Positions 54,485-62,760 of a DNA stretch of 64,000 nt are shown in pieces. The notes beneath the pieces are model-generated. The model searched no databases. It was not told the origin of the DNA and saw only the letters and a list, made by a program, of their open reading frames with translations. Origin of the DNA: Verrucomicrobiota bacterium (GTDB lineage Bacteria; Verrucomicrobiota; Verrucomicrobiia; Opitutales; Seribacteraceae); NCBI GenBank assembly GCA_027622665.1, contig JAQBYT010000018.1:1-64000 (forward strand), written 5' to 3'. The first letter of the stretch is position 1, and each line of letters begins with the position of its first letter. The position numbers were made by a program, and so were the translations under genes.

Positions 54485-54899
54485 AAACATAGCATGCAAT
54501 TGGCTTTAATTCAAAGGATTCTTCAAGCGTTCATCAAGGTAAATCGTATTTCTTTTCCGAGGAGAAATAATAGCGATTCGAGGAAGTCTATGCATGACTT
54601 TATTTATTTCGTAAGACTCTCTCGATCAGTATTTTGTGAATTCAATTAAATTTCTTTTGTGATTTCCCTGGTTCCTATTGGCAAGTTGTCCCGAAGGATT
54701 GTTTATTCATTGAAATTTGAATGCTAATGAACGGCTTTTCAATATGAGTTCGTTCGTTTTTTCCGTTTTTTCACTTTGGGTAAGGTTTTAACCTATATTT
54801 GTATATTAGCGGAAAACTTGCTTTTACTGCGCTTCCGAGAGAAACACTTCTCTTTTTTCCTGCAAGTGACTATGCTAAAACGATTAATGATTTTGAGGA

Positions 54900-55748
54900 T
54901 TACGTGATTTGCCTCAGCAATTTCGTCAGCACTTTTCCGGGACCGCATTCGACGAATTCTTCGACACCTTGGGAGCGCATGAATCGTATCGTCTCGGTCC
55001 ACTGAACAGATGAATGGATTTGCTTGGCGAGCAGTTCCGGAATGTCTTTTGCCCCTGAGTAAGGTACTGCTTCGACGTTTGAAATTACTGGGGTGTTGAG
55101 GGCATTGAAGGAAACACCCTCCAGAAAGGTGGAGAATTCACGAGCGGGTTCTTCCATCATGCGGGAGTGAAAAGCTCCGCTTACCTTAAGCGGTACGAAC
55201 ATTTTGGCTCCCGCATCCTTCATCGGACCTCCCAAAGGCTCCATTGAGGAGGAAGGGCCTGAAAGAACCGTCTGCCCAGGGGAATTGAAATTCGCCAAGT
55301 CCACGTCGTCGGCACCCATTTCGTCGAGAACCTCTTTTATTCGACTGGGTTCAAGTCCGATGACTGCGGCCATGCCGCCACCAGTAACTTTTGCCATGAT
55401 CTCTCCTCGCTTGGCCACTAGGCGCAAACCGTCGGAAAAGGAAAAGGCTCCCGAGGTACACAAGGCGGCGTATTCTCCCACTGAATGACCAGCTAAACAA
55501 ACGGGCGGATTTCCACCTCCAACCAACTCGTTCATCGCCTGCAGGCAACTGACAACATACAGAGCAGGTTGCGTAAACTGCGTATGACCAAGTCTTTCAG
55601 TGTTTTGTGGGTTGAGGCATAGGTCGCTCAATGAGTAACCTAGAATTTCATCTGCTTCTGCAACGATTTCAGGAAATTGGGAAAAGAAAAGTTCGCCCAT
55701 TCCCGTTTGCTGAGATCCTTGTCCGGGAAAGAGAAAGGCTCGAATCAT
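54900..55748 (-). CDS. fabD: Malonyl-CoA:ACP transacylase
   Basis: FLFPGQGSQ, FTQPAL, GHSVGEY (catalytic Ser), GAFHS and ECGPGKVL. ATG at 55748. Confidence 0.95.
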   Translation of the reverse strand: MIRAFLFPGQGSQQTGMGELFFSQFPEIVAEADEILGYSLSDLCLNPQNTERLGHTQFTQPALYVVSCLQAMNELVGGGNPPVCLAGHSVGEYAALCTSGAFSFSDGLRLVAKRGEIMAKVTGGGMAAVIGLEPSRIKEVLDEMGADDVDLANFNSPGQTVLSGPSSSMEPLGGPMKDAGAKMFVPLKVSGAFHSRMMEEPAREFSTFLEGVSFNALNTPVISNVEAVPYSGAKDIPELLAKQIHSSVQWTETIRFMRSQGVEEFVECGPGKVLTKLLRQIT

Positions 55749-55802
55749 AAGTATTTTTTTGAAGGATTTGGTTTGCTGTGGGAAATTGTTCCGATTAAAT
55801 AA

Positions 55803-56330
55803 TTGAAAATATCCACCCCCACTTTGAAAACGCAAGTTCATCTCATCGTCGACGGAAATAATGCGATTCATGCGATACCGGATTTGCTCGATATCCTTTC
55901 CTCCGACCGGCAAGCTGCCCGCGAAGGTCTAATCAATCTTCTTCAACCCATTCACGATTCCGAGGGTTGTCGATTGACCGTTGTTTTCGATGGACGCGAA
56001 GGGATCGGTTCCATTCATAAACATGGAAACGACGAACGCTTTTGTATCGTTTATTCCTCGTCTGAGCAATCGGCCGACGGTGCCATCGAGCGAATGCTCC
56101 TCGCGGCTAAACGACCCGAGGCCATTACCGTGGCCACTAATGACAATCTTATTAGAAGTTGCGCCTATGAGGTAGGTGCTGCCGCAGTACGAGCGGAAGA
56201 TCTTCCTCGGTGGGCGGATCGTGCAGTCAGTCATCAGCAAGAGGTCTTGAAAAATGTCCCTTCGCTTAAGGCTGCCCCTGTTTTTGGAAATCGGATTGAG
56301 ATTCCTAAGTCCCTTGGGAGTAAGCAATAA
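55803..56330 (+). CDS. NYN-domain (YacP/Rae1-like) protein
   Basis: Acidic motifs LIVDGNN, VVFDG, SADGAIE and VATNDN. The start is uncertain. Confidence 0.8.
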   Translation: MKISTPTLKTQVHLIVDGNNAIHAIPDLLDILSSDRQAAREGLINLLQPIHDSEGCRLTVVFDGREGIGSIHKHGNDERFCIVYSSSEQSADGAIERMLLAAKRPEAITVATNDNLIRSCAYEVGAAAVRAEDLPRWADRAVSHQQEVLKNVPSLKAAPVFGNRIEIPKSLGSKQ

Positions 56331-56350
56331 CCTAATCTCTGCAATCATTT

Positions 56351-57538
56351 ATGCTCACTGCCTTTGAGGAAGTTCCTGGGCTTTACGGTGCCCTTCACAT
56401 ACCGGAAAAGCTTGTTCAGAAAATATGGCTTTTCGGTGAATTTGAGAAGGATAATTTACGAACCACGGACGGAGGTTCGATTCGCGTACTTTCTCCGGGT
56501 AAATGGAATCTTTCGGGGGAGGGCCCCGATTTCCTTGGCGCCGAAATAGAGATCGCCGGAAGCACTCTCTTTGGAGATGTGGAGATTCATTTTCGTTCCT
56601 CTGACTGGCGCGCTCACGGACACCATAAAAACCCTTCTTTTGACAGGGTGGTCCTTCATGTGATTCTTTTTCCATTATCGGATCATGAAAATCGAAATCC
56701 GGCGATTACCCTAGGTGGTATTCCCCCCCCTACGCTAGAATTGTTACCCGTTCTTAATGAAAGTCTTGAGGAATTTGCCGAAAGAGATGCCATTCGAAGC
56801 TTATCCGGAGCTCACTCCGAGGAAATTTTATCAGATTGGCTCGAAATCGCCGTAAATGAACGACGTGCTCGTCTTCTCGAACATGGTCGAGAACGTTGGG
56901 AAAAAAAACTAGCTCATGCCCAAAAGCGCCTATCCGGAGAAGATTGGTCTGAAGCGTGTCATCAATTCACCCTAGAAATCCTAGGTTATCGCCGAAATCG
57001 CGCTCCAATGTCGGCGATTTCTCTATCCCATACGCTATCCGAACTCTCTGCTTCCCAGATGAATGCGGAAACTTTATTCCACGAAAGGGAAGGGGAGTGG
57101 AAGCTGGCCGGACTTCGTCCTGCCAACCACCCCACAAATCGCCTTGTTCAGTACTTGGATTTGGTGAATGCGCGACCCGATTGGCCAACTCGGCTTTTGG
57201 AATGCTCTTTCAATCCTCCTCGTGGGGCTTCCTCTAATCGAAAGTCGCTAATGATAAGTGAATTGAAAAAACATTTGGCAGCAGATATCTTGGCTGGGAA
57301 GATCGGTGGCAGTCGTTTGGATACGCTTGTTGTCGATGGTTTCCTTCCTTTGCTTTCCGCTAAACAAAATACAGACCTTTTTCCGTATTGGTTTCATTGG
57401 TATGCGGGCGATTTTCCCGCCAAATTGAAAAACTTTTTGCATACTGCTGAAATCGCAGGTCCTGGTACAAGTGAAGCGTACTCAAACGGTCTTTTACAAG
57501 GTGCTCTCGGATATTTTCTGAAAAAAAACCTAGTGTAG
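56351..57538 (+). CDS. DUF2851 family protein
   Basis: GPDF, GDVEIH, DWRAHGHH, VVLHV, LGYRRN and RPANHP motifs. Confidence 0.8.
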   Translation: MLTAFEEVPGLYGALHIPEKLVQKIWLFGEFEKDNLRTTDGGSIRVLSPGKWNLSGEGPDFLGAEIEIAGSTLFGDVEIHFRSSDWRAHGHHKNPSFDRVVLHVILFPLSDHENRNPAITLGGIPPPTLELLPVLNESLEEFAERDAIRSLSGAHSEEILSDWLEIAVNERRARLLEHGRERWEKKLAHAQKRLSGEDWSEACHQFTLEILGYRRNRAPMSAISLSHTLSELSASQMNAETLFHEREGEWKLAGLRPANHPTNRLVQYLDLVNARPDWPTRLLECSFNPPRGASSNRKSLMISELKKHLAADILAGKIGGSRLDTLVVDGFLPLLSAKQNTDLFPYWFHWYAGDFPAKLKNFLHTAEIAGPGTSEAYSNGLLQGALGYFLKKNLV

Positions 57539-57551
57539 AGCACTCCAAAGG

Positions 57552-58403
57552 TCAAATTGCGCCGGAGAATTCAGGAAAAAACGGATTTGCCTGTTTTTCC
57601 TCACCTATAGTCGTCATCGGACCATGACCCGGGCAGACGATCGTTTCATCCGGCAACGTCATCAACTTTTCACGATTGTTTCTCAAGGCATCGGTATAAG
57701 AAACCATTCCGCCTCCCATTGAACCCGCAAACAAGGCGTCTCCAACCACCGCCACCGGTTTTTCCAATCCATCGATCAAGTAGGAGACCCCGCCTGCGGA
57801 ATGTCCATGCGTATGCAATGCTTTAAGTGACAGGTTCCCAAGTACATACTCAAAACCTTCCTCAATCGATTCAACTCCCTCCAGAGATTCCAATTTATGA
57901 ACAAAAACTAGAGGGTTGCCCGTTTTTTGCTTCAATTCCTCCAAGCATGCGATATGGTCCGGATGAGTGTGGGTTAAAAAGATGGAATCGAGGGATAAGC
58001 TTTCGTGTGTTAGGAAATCGAGTATGGGCTCAACCATTGGTCCCGTGTCGAAAAGCCATGCCTGTCTCGATTCCTTGCTCCAAACAACGTATGCATTCAC
58101 CCGCATCCCTCCAAAAGGCAGATTGAATTGCTTCAAACCATCTAGAGTTATTGGTTCCGGGTTCCAACTCTTGTTCGCTGCATTCAGTAGCTTTGTTTCG
58201 GCCAAGTCGAGTGCTTTCGCCATCAATAGAATCACTTCTTCATCCACGCGTCCCGCAAGCACTTGCTCGATCTTCGATTTTTCTACTCCAATTCGCTCGG
58301 CAATATCTCCTGTCCCGATGCTTAGCCCACGCATCGCTTTAGCCAAGATGTCTTCGTGAAAATCTTCGAGTTCGATGGATAGTTTCACATCATTCATTTC
58401 CAT
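57552..58403 (-). CDS. Metallo-beta-lactamase fold hydrolase (glyoxalase II-like) with an N-terminal HTH-like domain
   Basis: THTHPDH, HGH, GDALF and PGHG motifs. The N-terminal helical segment (DIAERIGVEKSKIEQVLAG) is HTH-like. Confidence 0.85.
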   Translation of the reverse strand: MEMNDVKLSIELEDFHEDILAKAMRGLSIGTGDIAERIGVEKSKIEQVLAGRVDEEVILLMAKALDLAETKLLNAANKSWNPEPITLDGLKQFNLPFGGMRVNAYVVWSKESRQAWLFDTGPMVEPILDFLTHESLSLDSIFLTHTHPDHIACLEELKQKTGNPLVFVHKLESLEGVESIEEGFEYVLGNLSLKALHTHGHSAGGVSYLIDGLEKPVAVVGDALFAGSMGGGMVSYTDALRNNREKLMTLPDETIVCPGHGPMTTIGEEKQANPFFPEFSGAI

Positions 58404-58406
58404 AAG

Positions 58407-59153
58407 ATGATCGATCAAGAAATTCTTGACAAGGAGTTAGATGAAAAAAAGCTCATTCGAGATTTTTTTCGAAACAAGGAAAATGGTTTCTTCATCGAGG
58501 TCGGGGCAAATGAGCCTGATCTCTTCTTTTCTCAGACATTTCATCTCGAGGAGAAACTTAACTGGAACGGGATTCTAATTGAACCAATCGATTACCTTGC
58601 TGCAAAGCTCAGAGTCCAAAGAGCTGACTGCAGAACGCTTGAGGTTGCCTGCACTTCACCGGAAAAGGTGGGAAGAACTAAATTGCAGATTCCGTTGACC
58701 GCAAATGGTGATATTAGTGGATCTGCTTCGCTAGAAATGAATCTAGATCACTCTTTGCTTCATGAAGTAAGGACTATAGATGTGAACGCCGTAACTCTAG
58801 ATTCGGTAGTTAAAGAGAGTGTAGCACCACAAGTCGATTTTTTGTCAATTGATGTGGAGGGTACGGAATTAGACGTATTGAGGGGTGCAAATTTACAAAG
58901 CCTCTGTCCCACGCTAATCATCATTGAAGATCGCTTGGTTTTTCTCGAGAAGCATCTTTTTCTGAGAAAACATGGCTACAAAATCTTTCGAAGAACCGGT
59001 TTCAATAATTGGTACGCAAAAAAGCTGCCAAGGAATTGTACCACTAAATTGAATCAAATGAACTTGTTCAGAAAAATATACTTAAGTAGCTGGATTAAGA
59101 GAATTAGAGAGACCTTCCGAATGAAAACATTCAATACCCTCACTCACTTGTAG
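58407..59153 (+). CDS. FkbM family methyltransferase
   Basis: FFIEVGAN, WNGILIEP and DFLSIDVEGTELDVL. Confidence 0.88.
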   Translation: MIDQEILDKELDEKKLIRDFFRNKENGFFIEVGANEPDLFFSQTFHLEEKLNWNGILIEPIDYLAAKLRVQRADCRTLEVACTSPEKVGRTKLQIPLTANGDISGSASLEMNLDHSLLHEVRTIDVNAVTLDSVVKESVAPQVDFLSIDVEGTELDVLRGANLQSLCPTLIIIEDRLVFLEKHLFLRKHGYKIFRRTGFNNWYAKKLPRNCTTKLNQMNLFRKIYLSSWIKRIRETFRMKTFNTLTHL

Positions 59154-59154
59154 T

Positions 59155-59940
59155 ATGTCGAAAAGAATATCCAAAGTCTCAGTTTATATCCTTGCTTTCA
59201 ACGAGGAGAAAAAGATTGCCGATTGCATAAAAAGTGTGATTTGGGCTGACGAGGTTGTCGTTGTGGATTCGCACAGCACCGACAAAACTGCTGAAATTGC
59301 CGAAAGCCTCGGAACCAAAGTCGTTCAAGTAGACTTTGAAGGTTTTGGAATGATCCGGATGGCAGGCATAGATCACACCAAGCATGAATGGATCTTATCC
59401 GTAGATGCCGACGAAAGGTTCACCGACGATGCGAGGGATGAAGTCAAGCAAGTCATCAACTCCCAAAACGCCAAAGACGCATACTACATTCCGAGACGCA
59501 ATACGTTTCTGGGCAAAAAGATTCGCTTTTGCGGATGGTATCCGAATTACAGGCAACCGCAGCTTTTCCGGAGGGGGAAAATGACTTATGAAGCAAAAGA
59601 TCTTGTACATGAAGCTTTTTTGGTCAAAGGATCCAAGGGGTACATCTCCAACCCGATTGCTCAAATCCCTTTCCTCGACCTTTCGGAAGTCTTGCAAAAA
59701 ATGAACAGATACTCCGAACTGGGTGCGCGAAAACTCCTGGACAAGGGCAAGAAATGCCCATCCAAATTAAATATCTTTCTCCGGGGGGGCTGGGCCTTTG
59801 TACGCATTTACTTTCTTAGACTCGGAATTCTGGACGGCTGGCCTGGCTTTGTAATCGCTTACTCTAACATGGAAGGCACTTTTTACAGGTATGCCAAATA
59901 CAGGGAGCTGATTAGGCTTCAAAAGAACGAGAAAGCTTAG
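59155..59940 (+). CDS. Glycosyltransferase family 2 (WaaE/KdtX-like)
   Basis: AFNEE, VVVDSHSTDKT, WILSVDADE, VHE and GILDGWPG. Confidence 0.9.
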   Translation: MSKRISKVSVYILAFNEEKKIADCIKSVIWADEVVVVDSHSTDKTAEIAESLGTKVVQVDFEGFGMIRMAGIDHTKHEWILSVDADERFTDDARDEVKQVINSQNAKDAYYIPRRNTFLGKKIRFCGWYPNYRQPQLFRRGKMTYEAKDLVHEAFLVKGSKGYISNPIAQIPFLDLSEVLQKMNRYSELGARKLLDKGKKCPSKLNIFLRGGWAFVRIYFLRLGILDGWPGFVIAYSNMEGTFYRYAKYRELIRLQKNEKA

Positions 59941-59960
59941 TCGAGGCTTTATCAAGTCGC

Positions 59961-61007
59961 ATGGAAGTCCTAAAAGTGGTAAAGAGGTACGGCTTGTGCG
60001 GGGGAATGGAAGAATACGCATACCGTCTCTCAGGCGAGATCTTCGCAAGAGGTATTCCCGTCACGATTCTATGTGAGCGTGTGGTCACACCTCCAATCCA
60101 TTCAGGAATCAAGGTGGTGGAGGTTTCGGAATCGCTAAAAAAGCCCCGTTGGTTATCCCACATCCTTTTTTCCCGTAAAATATGCGATTGGAAAAGGATC
60201 AATCCGAGTGAAAGCAGGATTATTCATAGCCACGAACGAATCGATTGCCATCATCTGACGACCATCCATTCGACGCTCTTCAACTTCCCACGCAAAGGAC
60301 TTCCCGGGTTTCGCAAATACATGAATGAGTATCTGGAACGAAGAGAGTTACTTGCCCCGTCTTTGAGGCAAATTGTCCCAGTTTCAAGAATCATCGAAGA
60401 GCAAATCAAATCGAAATATCCGAAAGCCTCATCTTTCGTTTCCCCGCCGATCTCTCCAGGCGTTTTGGAGATCAAGAGCAGCCCCAAGCCTTTTGATCCC
60501 GAATCCCCCGTCGTTGGCTTCATGGGAAAGGAATGGAGGAGAAAAGGCTTGCCCAAGGTAATTCAGATATGGCGAAAGTTACGCAAGGATTTACCTCAAG
60601 CCAAGCTTTGTCTTGCCGGCTTCCCTTCAGGTGAGTCTCTGGGTCTATCGACAGAAGAACGGGAGCATGCACGAATCCTAGGGTGGATAGAACGCAAAAA
60701 GGAGTTCTTCGGACAGATCGACCTCTTGCTCCATCCTGCTCGCATCGAGGCCTACGGAATGGTTGTAGCCGAGGCAATGGCCTTGCGGATTCCAGTCATT
60801 TGCTCCATCCAATGCGGAGCATCAAATGATGTGACAAATGATCATGGAAAGGTGCTTGATTACAATGCTGCGGATTCGGAGTGGGCTGATTGCGTCAGCT
60901 CAATTCTTCTGGCTAAGCGTCCCGAGAAACCTTTTCAAAGAAGCTGGGAGACCGTGAGCCTAGAATACCAAAACATATACCAAGAACTGGAATCTGCCAA
61001 GGTATGA
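59961..61007 (+). CDS. Glycosyltransferase family 4
   Basis: GGMEEY, RKGL and EAYGMVVAEAMA (Ex7E). Confidence 0.88.
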   Translation: MEVLKVVKRYGLCGGMEEYAYRLSGEIFARGIPVTILCERVVTPPIHSGIKVVEVSESLKKPRWLSHILFSRKICDWKRINPSESRIIHSHERIDCHHLTTIHSTLFNFPRKGLPGFRKYMNEYLERRELLAPSLRQIVPVSRIIEEQIKSKYPKASSFVSPPISPGVLEIKSSPKPFDPESPVVGFMGKEWRRKGLPKVIQIWRKLRKDLPQAKLCLAGFPSGESLGLSTEEREHARILGWIERKKEFFGQIDLLLHPARIEAYGMVVAEAMALRIPVICSIQCGASNDVTNDHGKVLDYNAADSEWADCVSSILLAKRPEKPFQRSWETVSLEYQNIYQELESAKV

Positions 61008-62335
61008 TCATTAGAAAAGGGAAGAGACGATGGCTGATCCTTTCCCACTGTTATAATATGGATGGTAGAGCCGCAAGCCAGACCATCACTGACAAGATAC
61101 CCTTCCTTGTGGAAAACGGAATAGAGCCTGTCATAGTAAGTGCATCAACCGGGAACAAGGACGATTTGCTTGAACATTATCAGGTTGCCAGTTTGGCTCC
61201 AAGCGGGCTGAAGTTCGAACTAAGGCATCTGCTCAAGAGTAGAATTCGAAACTCTTTTCTGAGAAATGTGCTCAAATCTGTCATGAGCCTGTTGATACTA
61301 GTTCCTTATCTTCTTGAAAAATTATTCGTACGGCTCGACAGTCACTGGTCTTGGGCCTTTTCCGCACGAGCCAAGAGCATGAAATTGCTTAAGGCCAAGA
61401 AATTCGAACTGATCTATAGCACAGGAGGAGCCAATTGCGCCCATCACGCCGCCTGGATGCTCAAAAAAAAGCTTGGGCTGCCTTGGATAGCGGAGATTCA
61501 TGACCCCATGTATAACGACTCGTGGCCAAAGACTCCCAAAACGGCATGGTCCAGAAAACTTGAAAGAAGAATATGTCATAATGCCGATCTGTTTTGGTGG
61601 TTTACTACGAAAGCGAAAGAAAGTGCACTGAAGCGAAACCCTTCGGTTCAGAAGAAAGGTCATGTAATAATACCTGGTTGTGAATGCCCTGAATTTTCAA
61701 ATGGGTATGAGTCAGGTAAGTTTTTTGACATCGGTCACTTTGGTTCTCTCCACGAATCGAGAAATTTGGTTCCCTTGATTAAGGCAATGGCATCCCTAAA
61801 GCAAAGTGCTTCGTTATTTGCAATCAGGGCTCGCCTCCATATTTATGGCAGTCACTTGGATTCTCTTTCACGTAAAGCAATGAAAGAAGAAATGGTTGAA
61901 GAAATGATTTTCGAACACGGAAGGCTAGAGAAAGACATAGCATCAGGAAAAAGCGGGCGCCAGCAAGTGCTTGATGCAATGAGGGAGTCCGACTTGCTGG
62001 TTTTGCTTCACGGCGACAACCCGGACTGCGAAGAATATATCCCGTCGAAACTGTACGAATACCTGTGGACCCAACGGCCTGTACTGGGAATCATCTGGGA
62101 AAATCCCCTGCTTGAGGAAATGCTAAAAGACCAGAGTCATTACATTACTTACACTGACCAAATCAAAGATATCTCGAATGCTCTGATAACTATATTCGAA
62201 AAATGGGAAATGGGTGATCTTGAAGACAATGCTAAGCATTCCAATTACACAACTGATAGAGCAGTAGGTGAAATTTTAAGCCTAGTAGAAAAAAAAATTG
62301 AAATAAAAAATCACTCTTCGGATTTCCTCCAATAG
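61004..62335 (+). CDS. GT-B fold glycosyltransferase (GT4-like)
   Basis: LPWIAEIHDP, HFGSL, SDLLVLL and IPSKLYEYL. ATGA overlap with the upstream GT. Confidence 0.8.
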   Translation: MIIRKGKRRWLILSHCYNMDGRAASQTITDKIPFLVENGIEPVIVSASTGNKDDLLEHYQVASLAPSGLKFELRHLLKSRIRNSFLRNVLKSVMSLLILVPYLLEKLFVRLDSHWSWAFSARAKSMKLLKAKKFELIYSTGGANCAHHAAWMLKKKLGLPWIAEIHDPMYNDSWPKTPKTAWSRKLERRICHNADLFWWFTTKAKESALKRNPSVQKKGHVIIPGCECPEFSNGYESGKFFDIGHFGSLHESRNLVPLIKAMASLKQSASLFAIRARLHIYGSHLDSLSRKAMKEEMVEEMIFEHGRLEKDIASGKSGRQQVLDAMRESDLLVLLHGDNPDCEEYIPSKLYEYLWTQRPVLGIIWENPLLEEMLKDQSHYITYTDQIKDISNALITIFEKWEMGDLEDNAKHSNYTTDRAVGEILSLVEKKIEIKNHSSDFLQ

Positions 62336-62760
62336 GCACAACTCCAATCAACATTGATAACTTCATCGAGAATGTTATTTTCGGTTCGATAATCATTGAC
62401 CGCGCTTTTGCATGCAGGAAAACTATAATCGTCAATAATGCAAAATCCTCCGGGATTAAGCTTTGGATACAAATTATCCAAAATTTCTTTCGTTGAAGAA
62501 TACATATCTCCATCTGCTCGAAGCAATGATAGGCTTTCTATTGGAGCTTCGGGCAGTGATTCATTAAAAAAACCCTCAACGAAAACGACATTTTCATCCA
62601 TCACGCCGTATTGCCTGAAGTTGGATTGAACTTCCTCCAGGGGAACTTTCAAAAAATTGTAACTATAGTGAACATCGCCCTTATCTTTAGGGAATAAGGG
62701 ACTAGGCTGGGGCAAGCCTTTGAATGAATCAGCAACAAAGACTTTCCTCGCACCCGCCTC
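62311..62760 (-). pseudogene. 5'-truncated TylF/MycF (macrocin O-methyltransferase family) gene fragment
   Basis: ADSFKGLP, EGFFNESLP, LLRADGDMYSST and LNPGGFCIIDDY are present. The N-terminal SAM-binding segment (ExGVxxGG-type) expected before RKVFVADSF is absent. Confidence 0.7.

Noticed and set aside
14213..54484. Inteins or introns as the explanation for split domains, or an RTX/autotransporter/NRPS identity
   Set aside because: The inserts are lectin-like domains without C/S...HN splice motifs. I saw no GGxGxDxL arrays, terminal beta-barrel or NRPS/PKS motifs.
14690..54486. Numerous short antisense and alternate-frame ORFs within the giant gene
   Set aside because: These are shadow ORFs of a long coding frame with no protein motifs.
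55749..55913. FabD N-terminal extension
   Set aside because: It overlaps the divergent NYN gene, and FabD homology starts at MIRAFLFPGQG.
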